Assembly (NCBI GenBank): GCA_964014485.1
Contig: CAXHAT010000143.1
Span: forward strand, 1 to 20,884
Origin: an uncultured Deferribacteres bacterium
Lineage (GTDB): Bacteria > Zhuqueibacterota > Zhuqueibacteria > Zhuqueibacterales > Geothermadaptataceae
Direction of reading: 5' to 3'
DNA length: 20,884 nt
The position numbers were made by a program, and so were the translations under genes. This document shows positions 9,801 through 17,199 of this stretch, piece after piece. The notes below the pieces were generated by a model that was not told the origin of the DNA, made no database searches, and saw only the letters and a program-made list of their open reading frames with translations. Positions within the stretch are counted from its first letter, which is position 1; each line of letters opens with the position of its first letter.

Positions 9801-9869
9801 ATCGCCGACAACGTAACGGAAGAAGGCATGCTCAAGAACCGCCGCGTAGAGTTCCGTTTTCGAAAATAG
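6864..9869 (+). CDS. PorV/PorQ-family beta-barrel fused to FN3-like, CARDB, DUF11 and two OmpA C-terminal domains
   Basis: The ATG at 6864 overlaps the upstream TGA (ATGA); alternative starts are 6981 and 7059. Signal ends PANA-Q. PorV-like motifs AFLKLIPGARQQALAG, AIYANPGA, GANVKYL, DLGGMY, PLPFTYRFG, FRFGY. OmpA motifs GHTD..G...YN..LS..RA.SV and GYGE..PI..N.T..NRRVE occur twice. Confidence 0.88.
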   Translation: MTNKRASKHPVCHSERIFVRDRQKWRSRFKSWSKKDASSMTISGFWGSVGQRNDRCQLVNSFVPLMAVVIVFIFFSIPANAQFRAGGAFLKLIPGARQQALAGSLTGSLDNVSAIYANPGAVGFLREWGWNVAYTSWVPGIYHTSAFFGKNIATPWSRQTRFALSASYLGVKEFDSSGGRAPAVSGGDFWVAASIGQPFRKALSGFALGANVKYLRSRLDNFDAGAFVLDLGGMYRTKQIRLMQGGLLEHGVFSLGAGVTHIGSSLNFMNFNTPLPFTYRFGAAFHAGTHDGLQATVSIDYRSTRDEEDFTSLGFEFSWASLLTFRFGYNLEDLNLFNRAGAGMSIGLTDLRLSPKNLIPGRNKAVRFDFAALNNSDFFGEPYHGAINHYAIRPERFDFASPPNDALINSENIVLNWSHSRDPDLLDDVTYWLLVDPSRDRISEALEKFENGAPFWNLLADESFFRNDTLKQTEMRLDLDATVCEEYFWTVVAVDKDRHFRVIGGEKKRIANFRVALPDLQVTDIRVLPDTTLQGPRQGAEIMLFITNVGESAAENFSVEFADSSDSSPTLTEFETLSGLTLLPGALDSVAVSWRAEGFAQHYVTAMLDPANTVPECNDSDNRLIFDLPKPPPMGHDLAIVKTANRDTVFAEETYAYTLTVWNNGPITAKNFTVEDVLPDHLTLKNASRPTESEIAEERKMIWRFDSLAVGDSLTIQYEVETEPLLFSPGAPLDLEGVTFEFNKDILTASAKIKLQEFGRAMKQVLELNPGLSFEIGGHTDDIGTHAYNDRLSDARAKSVQAYLASLDPIHERLTARGYGERQPIAPNHTPECREKNRRVEIKIPADTRIPQRTFVNKSFVSTGNDPDTTNNFAEATVQFKHVKTPPPGVIVVNFGFDSSNLGDEAKQALDNVLPAIVTELRKDAELYVEISGHTDSRGSDQYNQPLSERRAKSVLEYFYANCIRRERMKALGYGESRPIADNVTEEGMLKNRRVEFRFRK
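6896..6987. repeat. REP/RPE-like palindromic element inside the 5' end of the PorV-fusion ORF
   Basis: Arms TTGTCATTCTGAAAGAATCTT (6896-6916) and AAGATGCTTCCAGCATGACAA (6967-6987) are complementary at 18 of 21 positions. GTCAT...ATGAC termini are typical of this repeat class. Confidence 0.75.
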
Positions 9870-9969
9870 GCCGCTAAATATATCCGAAATCTGTTTGAAT
9901 TCCAGAAGTCGTTTTTATTTTGCTCATCGCACTTAATTTGGCAATGAATCTGACTTCCGGAGTTAAAAC

Positions 9970-10359
9970 ATGCGTCTGCGTTACATCAAATATGGAATTT
10001 TATTGTCTGCGGCATACTTCTATTCTTCTGGTTGCGGGACTGATTCAGAAGGCGCTCCCGCAGATCCCGGGCTTGTAAAAATCGGCCAGGAGGCCTACAA
10101 AACCGCGGCTTGCATTACCTGCCACACCATTGACGGTCGCCCGTTTACAGCACCGACGTTCAAGGGGCTTTACGGCAAGGAAGAAGAGCTTGCCGACGGA
10201 TCAAAAATTATCGTCGATGACGCCTACCTTCGCGAGTCTATTCTCGACGGCGCCGCCAAAGTCGTCAAAGGCTACAACCCGCTACACCCGCCGTTTAAAT
10301 CAATGCTCACACCGGAGCAAGTTGACGGTTTAATCGCTTACATCAAGAGTTTGAAATGA
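9970..10359 (+). CDS. Monoheme cytochrome c lipoprotein (resembles the cytochrome c domain of caa3 oxidase subunit II)
   Basis: RBS GGAG, lipobox-like SSGC, CITCH heme motif at 10111-10125, and PTFKGLYG..DDAYLRESI..LIAYIKSL. Confidence 0.9.
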   Translation: MRLRYIKYGILLSAAYFYSSGCGTDSEGAPADPGLVKIGQEAYKTAACITCHTIDGRPFTAPTFKGLYGKEEELADGSKIIVDDAYLRESILDGAAKVVKGYNPLHPPFKSMLTPEQVDGLIAYIKSLK

Positions 10360-11219
10360 AGAACGTGCTGGTCGCCGGAGCAAGCGGCAATTTAGGCAAG
10401 TATGTCGTCACAGCTTTGAAAGAACGCGGTTTTTGCGTTACCGCCTTGACGCGAAAGAAGAATCGCTTACAAGAAATCGAACCTTATTATGAGCGTGCGT
10501 TCGTCGCAGACGCTACGGACGCTAATGCATTGCGCGGTGCATGCACAGAAATCGACGTCGCTGTTTCATGCTTGGGCGGCAGCGTTAATCCTTCGCTCAG
10601 CGGCGGTCGTCAATCGTTTCAGGACGTCGATTTTCACGCGAACATGAATCTTCTCAAGGAAGCCGCTTCGCAATCAGTTAAAAAGTTCATTTATGTCGGC
10701 GTTTACGGGCACGAAGTCTATGGTGAGCTTAACTATGTTAAAGCGCATGAGTTGTTTGCAAAGGAACTAACGGCGTCAAACATACCGTCCACAATAGTCC
10801 GTCCAACCGGCTTTTTTAGCAGTTTTGGCGAATTGTTCAAGATGGCGAAGATGGGACGCGCAATTGTTTTTGGCGACGGAGAGGTCAGAACAAATCCTAT
10901 TCACGAGGACGATCTGGCGCACGTTTGCGTTGACGCCATCAATCAAGACGTTCGAGAAATCAACGTCGGCGGGCCGGAAATCTTTACGCGCCGACAAGCC
11001 GTTGAACTTGCATTTAAAGCCTTAGACAAGACCCCGCGCATCTCTCATTTGCCGATTGGCCTTTTGCAGACTTTTTCAAAAATTGCAAAACCGTTCAATA
11101 AACGTATTTCTGAAATTCTGGCTTTCTTTGCGAAAATTTCTGAGGTCGATGTTGTAGCGCCGAAACAGGGAGAACGCACGTTACGCGCTTATTTCCAGCA
11201 GCTCGCCGAACAAGCATAA
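10356..11219 (+). CDS. Atypical SDR / NAD(P)H-binding protein (NmrA-like)
   Basis: VLVAGASGNLG Rossmann motif, TIVRPTGFF, NPIHEDDLA, VGGPE. ATGA overlap with the cytochrome c gene. Confidence 0.9.
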   Translation: MKNVLVAGASGNLGKYVVTALKERGFCVTALTRKKNRLQEIEPYYERAFVADATDANALRGACTEIDVAVSCLGGSVNPSLSGGRQSFQDVDFHANMNLLKEAASQSVKKFIYVGVYGHEVYGELNYVKAHELFAKELTASNIPSTIVRPTGFFSSFGELFKMAKMGRAIVFGDGEVRTNPIHEDDLAHVCVDAINQDVREINVGGPEIFTRRQAVELAFKALDKTPRISHLPIGLLQTFSKIAKPFNKRISEILAFFAKISEVDVVAPKQGERTLRAYFQQLAEQA

Positions 11220-11232
11220 CGACGGAGAGATC

Positions 11233-11565
11233 ATGCTCATTTATGAAGTAAATATCGCGGTTGATGCGGACGTTTTTGACGAATATCTGCTGTGGATGGG
11301 TTCGCATATCCAGGAAATGCTCAAAATCGAAGGCTTTGAGCAGGCGGCGATGTTTCAGGCAGAGGACGATGATAAAAGCGGCAAGCGCGTCAAATTGAGC
11401 GTGCATTACGGCGTTAAGGACGACAAAAGCCTACAAAGATATTTTAAGCAGGACGCTGCACGAATGCGCGCGGACGGGGTCGGGCGTTTCGGAAACAAAT
11501 TTCAAGCGTCCCGCAGGATTTTGAAACAAAAGGGCGTGTTCAGAAATGAGCTTTCAAAAAGTTAA
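11233..11565 (+). CDS. DUF4286-family protein
   Basis: RBS GGAG. Pattern IYEVNI..YLLWM..HI.EML...GF..Y...L..YF...A.RMR.DG..RFG..F.A.RRIL. Confidence 0.8.
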   Translation: MLIYEVNIAVDADVFDEYLLWMGSHIQEMLKIEGFEQAAMFQAEDDDKSGKRVKLSVHYGVKDDKSLQRYFKQDAARMRADGVGRFGNKFQASRRILKQKGVFRNELSKS

Positions 11566-12766
11566 GTTTGAAAATGCGCAGGGCGAGCTGCTCGCCGCGC
11601 GCATAGATTTTCCGCCGGATAATCAGCCGGAAGCTTATGCGCTTTTTGCTCACTGCTTCACTTGTACAAAAAATTTAAGAGCGGTTGGGCACATCAGCAG
11701 CGCATTAACGCAAGCGGGATGCGCCGTGCTGCGTTTCGATTTTACTGGCCTGGGCGAGAGTGAAGGCGATTTTGCCGACGCCAATTTTTCGTCAAACGTC
11801 GACGATCTCGTTGTGGCCGCCAATTTTCTGGCGCAAAACTACAAAGCGCCGAAAATCCTGGTCGGGCATTCCCTTGGCGGCGCTGCGGTTTTACAGGCGG
11901 CGGCGAAAATTTCGTCATCCGTTGCCGTGGCGACCATCGGCGCTCCATACGACCCGCAACATGTGACGCAGCTTTTAGAAAGCAGTTTGGAGGAAATTGC
12001 CGCCAAGGGCGAAGCGGTCGTCAATCTTGCCGGGCGTTCCTTTAAAATCAAAAAACAATTTCTGGACGACCTTGAAATGACAAGCGTTTTTGAGCGGATT
12101 CGAAAGCTCGACCGGGCGCTCCTGGTTTGCCACTCGCCGATTGACGAAACCGTCGGTGTGGAAAACGCGGCACAAATTTTCAAAGCGGCCAAGCATCCTA
12201 AAAGTTATCTCTCCCTTGACCGCGCTGACCATTTACTGTCCGATTCGAGCGACTCATTCTACGTCGGGGCTATGATTGCGGCATGGGCCGCCAAGTATTT
12301 GGACGCTCCGCCAGCGCAGGATTCTTTGGAGCCGCAAGTTCCCAAGGGCGTTTTTGTGCGCACTGGAACTGAACATTGGCGCACGGAAATCCGCGCGAAT
12401 CGGCACGCGCTCATTGCGGACGAACCGATTGCAGCAGGCGGCGCAGACCTGGGCCCGACGCCCTACGACTTGCTGGTCGCCGGACTTGGCGCTTGCACCT
12501 CAATGACTTTGCGGATGTACGCCGAGCATAAAAAATGGCCTTTACAGGACGTCGAAGTTGAATTGCACCATCGAAAAATTCATGCAAAGGATTGCAGCGA
12601 CTGTGAAACCAAGACGGGAAAAATCGACAAAATCGAACGCAAAATTACCTTGCACGGCCCGCTGGACGACCAGCAGCGCCAGAGACTTTTGCAAATAGCG
12701 GATCGCTGCCCCGTGCATCGAACGTTGCATTCGGAAATAAAAGTTGAAACGACCTTGAAATCGTGA
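11546..12766 (+). CDS. Bifunctional alpha/beta hydrolase-OsmC family protein
   Basis: [14 protein letters not shown], nucleophile GHSLGG, AKHPKS, ADHLL. C-terminal OsmC domain with [19 protein letters not shown] and RCPVHRTL. Confidence 0.93.
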   Translation: MSFQKVKFENAQGELLAARIDFPPDNQPEAYALFAHCFTCTKNLRAVGHISSALTQAGCAVLRFDFTGLGESEGDFADANFSSNVDDLVVAANFLAQNYKAPKILVGHSLGGAAVLQAAAKISSSVAVATIGAPYDPQHVTQLLESSLEEIAAKGEAVVNLAGRSFKIKKQFLDDLEMTSVFERIRKLDRALLVCHSPIDETVGVENAAQIFKAAKHPKSYLSLDRADHLLSDSSDSFYVGAMIAAWAAKYLDAPPAQDSLEPQVPKGVFVRTGTEHWRTEIRANRHALIADEPIAAGGADLGPTPYDLLVAGLGACTSMTLRMYAEHKKWPLQDVEVELHHRKIHAKDCSDCETKTGKIDKIERKITLHGPLDDQQRQRLLQIADRCPVHRTLHSEIKVETTLKS

Positions 12767-12805
12767 TTGAAGATAGGATCGTTTCTTGTTGCGTAAAGAT
12801 CTTTG

Positions 12806-12834
12806 TTTGACGGGATATACATGATTAACAAGAT
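12806..12834. repeat. Left arm of a degenerate 9-bp-periodic (ACAGGATTT-like) inverted repeat
   Basis: Units ACGGGATAT/ACATGATTA/ACAAGATT. 19 of 29 positions match the reverse complement of 14866-14894. Confidence 0.55.
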
Positions 12835-12888
12835 TGATTTGAATTAAGACTTGATTGTATCATCTGATTAATGCGGCATAAAAATCTG

Positions 12889-14863
12889 TTAGCAATCAAT
12901 GATGACCAATGGAATATGGGAGCTTAAAAATGAAAATTACCCGACTGCCTTATCTGCAGATTTCTTCTGTGCCGCCTCTTCTGATATTTGTGAGTATTTC
13001 ACTTTTCAATCTTCAATTGCTTGCTGCCCAAACCGGAACGCTTAAACTCACTGTTCTTGATAGCACAACTAATCAGATAGTACCTGCTCGGGTTGAAATT
13101 CAAGGATCTGATGGGGAGTATTACGTCGCCGAGGACGCTTTGCTCGTGGGGGGAGATTGTGACATGAGCGATCACGGTGCTGGGCTTCATGACCTTGAAA
13201 CCACACTAGCCAGCTTTCACCGCGAAGTCGGGAATCCATACACTCGATCAACTCAGTTTTATAGCAACGGTAAATCGTCAATCTACCTACCATCGGGTAC
13301 CGCGGCTATAAGAGTGTATAAGGGCCCTGAGTATGAACTACATGTCGAAAAGGTGGATATTCAGGCCGGCAAAACCACTCAACACGAAATAAGAATATCC
13401 CGATGGGTCAACATGCCTGAGAAAGGATGGTACAGCGCAGATGATCACTTGCATATTCCAAGGCCATCTAAAGAACTTAATCCCTATATCATGAAAATGA
13501 TGCAGGCAGAAGACATCCATGTTGGCAACCTTCTCCAAATGGGTAAAGTTGTAAACTTCAATATTGCCCCACAATACTCTCATGGTGAAGAAAGCTATTA
13601 TCAGGAAGGTGGATATATTCTGGCAGCAGGTCAGGAAAATCCGAGGACACATTTTTTAGGTCACACAATCACGCTCGGCGCCAAGACAGCTCTCCATTCT
13701 CCAGAGGAATATCTGATTTATCGATTGCTTTGGCAAGAAGCATCTAAGCAAGGGGCAATTAACGGCTACGCTCATTATGGAAGTATGTTCAGTGGTCAAT
13801 CCGGTCTGCCGTTGGTATTACACCACAATTTAATGCACTTCATAGAGGTCTTACAATTCAATCGAAGTGACTATGAAGCGTGGTATGAAGTTCTCAATTT
13901 AGGATTTCGCGTAACTCCGACAGCTGGTACAGATTATCCTTGTGGCAGTAACCTGCCAGGGCATGAACGTTTTTACACGAAAGTTGATGGTGATTTCACC
14001 TATAATAATTGGCTGGATGGTGTCCGACGTGGGAAAACTTTTGTCACAACTGGACCTATTTTGGAATTCCGGGTCAATGGCCATGATATTGGCGAAGAAG
14101 TTATGTTAGAAGGCCCTGATTCGCTACGTATAGAAGGGAAGGTCATATTTGACAACCAATTGGATGATTTGCAGAGAATCGAACTCATTGAAAATGGTCA
14201 GGTGGTCGGAAGTTTTCCTCGCACGAATATGGAAGGCAACATTAGCTTTAGTATTAATCATCCCATGAAGGAGACTTCTTGGTTGACCCTTCGAGGATAT
14301 GGAAACAAACTAAAACAAAGTATGTCCGTGAGGCCATGGCACTTTAGAAGTTTTAAGCCGATGAGTACAGTCCACTCAGCCCCTATATACGTGACAATCA
14401 AAAATGCTTCACCGTTTACCTCACATTCCCGCACAAAGGTGCTAGCGCGAAAATGGTTGGCACATTTAGAAGACTTGGAAACAATGCTGGAAGAAGACAA
14501 TATCGAATATTTGGCTCAGAAACTTTTAGACCCCGAATTTGATGCGGTACCAAAAGACATCCTTATCAAAAATCGATTGGCTCTTTTCGATGAAATCCGA
14601 GATGCCAAGGATTTCTTTATTCAACTTTCGGAGTAGTGCATTATATTCTTGAATGTGGTCAATTATCTTCAGAGTTCTTCGGTCGATGCAAGGGGGGGGT
14701 TTGAGACGACTTTTTGTCGCAGTTTCCGAAGGCTAACATTTGGGTCAACTTGACGCCGAAAAGCTGGGCGCGCGTTTCAGATTTTGAAGCATATACGCCG
14801 TTAGGATTAGGAGTACGTCAAAATTATGCGTTTCGAGTGCTTCGGCATAAGTTACACTTACCG
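12889..14863 (+). mobile_element. Putative solo integron gene cassette (~1.97 kb)
   Basis: The 5' core G|TTAGCA (12888-12894) complements R'' GGCTAAC at 6 of 7 positions. One gene, then an attC at 14731-14869. The segment is visibly AT-richer than its flanks. Confidence 0.72.
12930..14636 (+). CDS. Secreted CehA/McbA-family (PHP-like) metallohydrolase
   Basis: Start chosen at ATG 12930 after GGGAG (the ORF is open from 12909). Signal peptide, VPARV and KGPEY N-domain, GWYSADDHLH, GHT, GYAH, TAGTDY, GKTFVTTGP and HSAPIYV. Confidence 0.82.
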   Translation: MKITRLPYLQISSVPPLLIFVSISLFNLQLLAAQTGTLKLTVLDSTTNQIVPARVEIQGSDGEYYVAEDALLVGGDCDMSDHGAGLHDLETTLASFHREVGNPYTRSTQFYSNGKSSIYLPSGTAAIRVYKGPEYELHVEKVDIQAGKTTQHEIRISRWVNMPEKGWYSADDHLHIPRPSKELNPYIMKMMQAEDIHVGNLLQMGKVVNFNIAPQYSHGEESYYQEGGYILAAGQENPRTHFLGHTITLGAKTALHSPEEYLIYRLLWQEASKQGAINGYAHYGSMFSGQSGLPLVLHHNLMHFIEVLQFNRSDYEAWYEVLNLGFRVTPTAGTDYPCGSNLPGHERFYTKVDGDFTYNNWLDGVRRGKTFVTTGPILEFRVNGHDIGEEVMLEGPDSLRIEGKVIFDNQLDDLQRIELIENGQVVGSFPRTNMEGNISFSINHPMKETSWLTLRGYGNKLKQSMSVRPWHFRSFKPMSTVHSAPIYVTIKNASPFTSHSRTKVLARKWLAHLEDLETMLEEDNIEYLAQKLLDPEFDAVPKDILIKNRLALFDEIRDAKDFFIQLSE

Positions 14864-14869
14864 TTATCC
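14731..14869 (+). mobile_element. Integron attC site (139 bp)
   Basis: R'' GGCTAAC, 5-nt spacer ATTTG, L'' GGT[C]AACTTG[A]CGCCGAA, imperfect stem, L' TTCGGCATAAGTTACA, 6-nt spacer CTTACC, R' GTTATCC. The 5/6 spacers and the extra C and A bases are as in canonical attC sites. Confidence 0.8.
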
Positions 14870-14894
14870 GATCGATCCTGTAAATCTTGTCGAA
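14866..14894. repeat. Right arm of the 9-bp-periodic inverted repeat
   Basis: ATCCGATCG/ATCCTGTAA/ATCTTGTCGAA, the inverted counterpart of 12806-12834. Confidence 0.55.
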
Positions 14895-14953
14895 GAATGA
14901 ATTGTCCAAAATAATCGATATTTTATTTCAATCAGGGATAGGGAGCAGGAAGC

Positions 14954-15724
14954 ATGAAAACGATTGCTGTTACGCACACGGTTTCGCCTCATATTAATGA
15001 ATGCGAATTGACTTACATGGAGCGTGAAGAAATTGATTATCCCAACGCCTTAAAGCAGCACGGCGCTTACAGCGAAACTTTGCGGCGCTGCGGAGCGGAA
15101 GTTTTCAACCTGGAGGAAAACACCGACCATCCGGACAGCATTTTTGTGGAAGATAACGCCGTTGTCGTCGACGAAATAGCGGTCATCACCCACATGGGCG
15201 CCGAGTCGCGCCGGGCGGAAGTGGATACAATGGCTGACTATCTGGCGCAATACCGGGAGGTCGTCCGAATTGAAGCGCCGGCAACGATTGAGGGCGGCGA
15301 CGTGATGCGCGTTGGAAAAAAAGTCTTTGTCGGTTTAAGCACGCGTACAAATCAAGCAGGCGTTGACGCATTGCGTGATAAATTAGCGCCGTATGGCTAC
15401 ACTGTGACCGGTGTTGCGACGCCGGGATGTCTCCATTTAAAAACCGGCATTACCGTCCTCAATGACGAGACGCTGATCGGCAACACGGGCTGGGTCGACA
15501 TGTCGGCGTTTAAAGACTTTCGCGTTATCGCCGCCGCTCCGGACGAGCCGTGGGCCGGCAACGCGCTGCGGGTGAACGACAAGGTCATTATGCACGAAGG
15601 GCACGTTCGCGCCATCGAAGAAGCGGAAAAATTGGGAATTTCCGTTGAGCGAACCAACATCTCCGAATTCATGAAGGCCGAGGCGGGTTTGACGTGTATG
15701 AGCATAGTTTTTCAAAAAAAATAG
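14954..15724 (+). CDS. Dimethylarginine dimethylaminohydrolase (amidinotransferase superfamily)
   Basis: PDSIFVED, SRRAE, EGGDV, GLSTRTN, LHLKTG and the catalytic Cys in GLTCMS. A purine-rich RBS lies upstream. Confidence 0.92.
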   Translation: MKTIAVTHTVSPHINECELTYMEREEIDYPNALKQHGAYSETLRRCGAEVFNLEENTDHPDSIFVEDNAVVVDEIAVITHMGAESRRAEVDTMADYLAQYREVVRIEAPATIEGGDVMRVGKKVFVGLSTRTNQAGVDALRDKLAPYGYTVTGVATPGCLHLKTGITVLNDETLIGNTGWVDMSAFKDFRVIAAAPDEPWAGNALRVNDKVIMHEGHVRAIEEAEKLGISVERTNISEFMKAEAGLTCMSIVFQKK

Positions 15725-15729
15725 AACTT

Positions 15730-15757
15730 GTAGAGACGCGATGCATCGCGTCTCTAC
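15730..15757. repeat. GTAG-type REP-like perfect palindrome, copy 1
   Basis: GTAGAGACGCGATGCATCGCGTCTCTAC, a 28-bp perfect palindrome 5 bp after the stop codon. Confidence 0.9.
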
Positions 15758-15789
15758 CTGATGCATAGAAATTTATTGGAGCCTCATTT

Positions 15790-17094
15790 ATGAAGCAAAT
15801 CACAGTACTTTTCCTAATCGCCGCAACGGCAAGTTCGGCGTTTTCATGGAACGGAAAACTGAAAACGCAAGCCGACAAAGCGGCGGACGGCATTGAAGCA
15901 AAAGTCATCGAATGGCGGCGGCATTTCCACCAATATCCGGAGCTTTCGAACCGCGAATTCAAGACGGCGGAAAAGGTTGCGGAACACTTGCGCGCTCTCG
16001 GCATTAAGGTGCAAACCGGCGTGGCGCACACCGGCGTTGTCGGCGTTTTAAAAGGCGGCAAATCCGGCCCCGTCGTGGGGTTGCGCGCGGACATGGACGC
16101 CTTGCCCGTTACGGAGCGTACGGACGTGCCGTTCAAATCTGAAGTTCGGACGGAGTACAACGGCTTTGACGTCGGCGTGATGCACGCTTGCGGTCACGAC
16201 ACGCACATCGCCATTTTAATGGGTGTGGCGGAGGTGCTCTCCGGCATGAAGGCGCAGTTGCGCGGCACGGTTAAATTCATTTTTCAACCAGCGGAAGAAG
16301 GCGCACCGGCAGGCGAGGAAGGCGGCGCGCGTTTGATGGTAAAAGAAGGCGTTTTGGCAAATCCTGCGGTCGATGTTGTCTTCGGTTTGCACATTTCGGC
16401 GCAAACCGAGGCGGGTACGATCACTTACCGTCCAGAGGGCATTATGGCGGCTTCGGACGGATTTCGCATCAAAGTCCTTGGCAAACAGACGCACGGCTCA
16501 ACGCCCTGGACAGGGGTCGATCCGATCACAGTCTCGGCGCAAATAATCATGGGCTTGCAAACGGTGATCAGTCGCCAGACCGCGCTGACGCAAGAAGCGG
16601 CGGTGATTTCGGTTGGCGCGATTCACAGCGGCGTGCGCGGCAATATCATTCCTGAAGAGGCTGAAATGATCGGCACGATCCGCACGCTGGATACGGAAAT
16701 GCAGGACATTATTCATGAAAAGATCAAACTCACTGCTGAAAAGATCGCCGAGAGCGCCGGCGCTACGGTTGAAGTCAACATTGGCAAGGGCTACCCGGTG
16801 ACTTATAACGATCCTAAGCTCACGGCGCAAATGCTGCCAACATTGCAAGCGGTCGCGGGAGACGAGAACGTGAAGTTGATCAAGGCGATCACCGGCGCTG
16901 AGGATTTTTCATTTTTTCAGCAAAAAGTGCCGGGGTTGTACTTTTTCCTCGGCGGGATGCCCAAAGGCAAAGACCCGTCGGAAGCGGCGCCGCACCACAC
17001 GCCGGATTTTTTTATCGACGAGAGCGGATTGGTTCTGGGCGTGAAAGCGTTGACGCATTTGGCGCTGGATTACATGGATTCCGGTAAAAATTAG
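15790..17094 (+). CDS. Secreted M20D-family amidohydrolase
   Basis: RBS GGAG, signal peptide, RRHFHQYPELS, LRADMDALP, MHACGHD, FQPAEEG, GAEDFSF and PHH. Confidence 0.94.
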   Translation: MKQITVLFLIAATASSAFSWNGKLKTQADKAADGIEAKVIEWRRHFHQYPELSNREFKTAEKVAEHLRALGIKVQTGVAHTGVVGVLKGGKSGPVVGLRADMDALPVTERTDVPFKSEVRTEYNGFDVGVMHACGHDTHIAILMGVAEVLSGMKAQLRGTVKFIFQPAEEGAPAGEEGGARLMVKEGVLANPAVDVVFGLHISAQTEAGTITYRPEGIMAASDGFRIKVLGKQTHGSTPWTGVDPITVSAQIIMGLQTVISRQTALTQEAAVISVGAIHSGVRGNIIPEEAEMIGTIRTLDTEMQDIIHEKIKLTAEKIAESAGATVEVNIGKGYPVTYNDPKLTAQMLPTLQAVAGDENVKLIKAITGAEDFSFFQQKVPGLYFFLGGMPKGKDPSEAAPHHTPDFFIDESGLVLGVKALTHLALDYMDSGKN

Positions 17095-17101
17095 TTCGTG
17101 C

Positions 17102-17129
17102 GTAGAGACGCGATGCATCGCGTCTCTAC
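17102..17129. repeat. GTAG-type REP-like perfect palindrome, copy 2
   Basis: Identical 28-mer to 15730-15757, 7 bp after the stop codon. It extends to 30 bp (17101-17130). Confidence 0.9.
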
Positions 17130-17199
17130 GAGCTGAGGAGAATAGACAGAGAGCGCGATTTTGAAAAATTTTGCACTGCACGGAGGGAAAGATTGGCGG

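Noticed and set aside
14692..14699. G8 homopolymer
   Set aside because: It lies 3' of the gene in non-coding cassette DNA, with no evident promoter or frame to switch.
14800..14806. Alternative attC right end GTTAGGA
   Set aside because: It lacks an L' box complementary to L''. The R' at 14863 gives the correct pairing and spacers.
14714..14914. 66-aa ORF after the metallohydrolase
   Set aside because: It has a TTG start, no clear RBS, and overlies the attC site.
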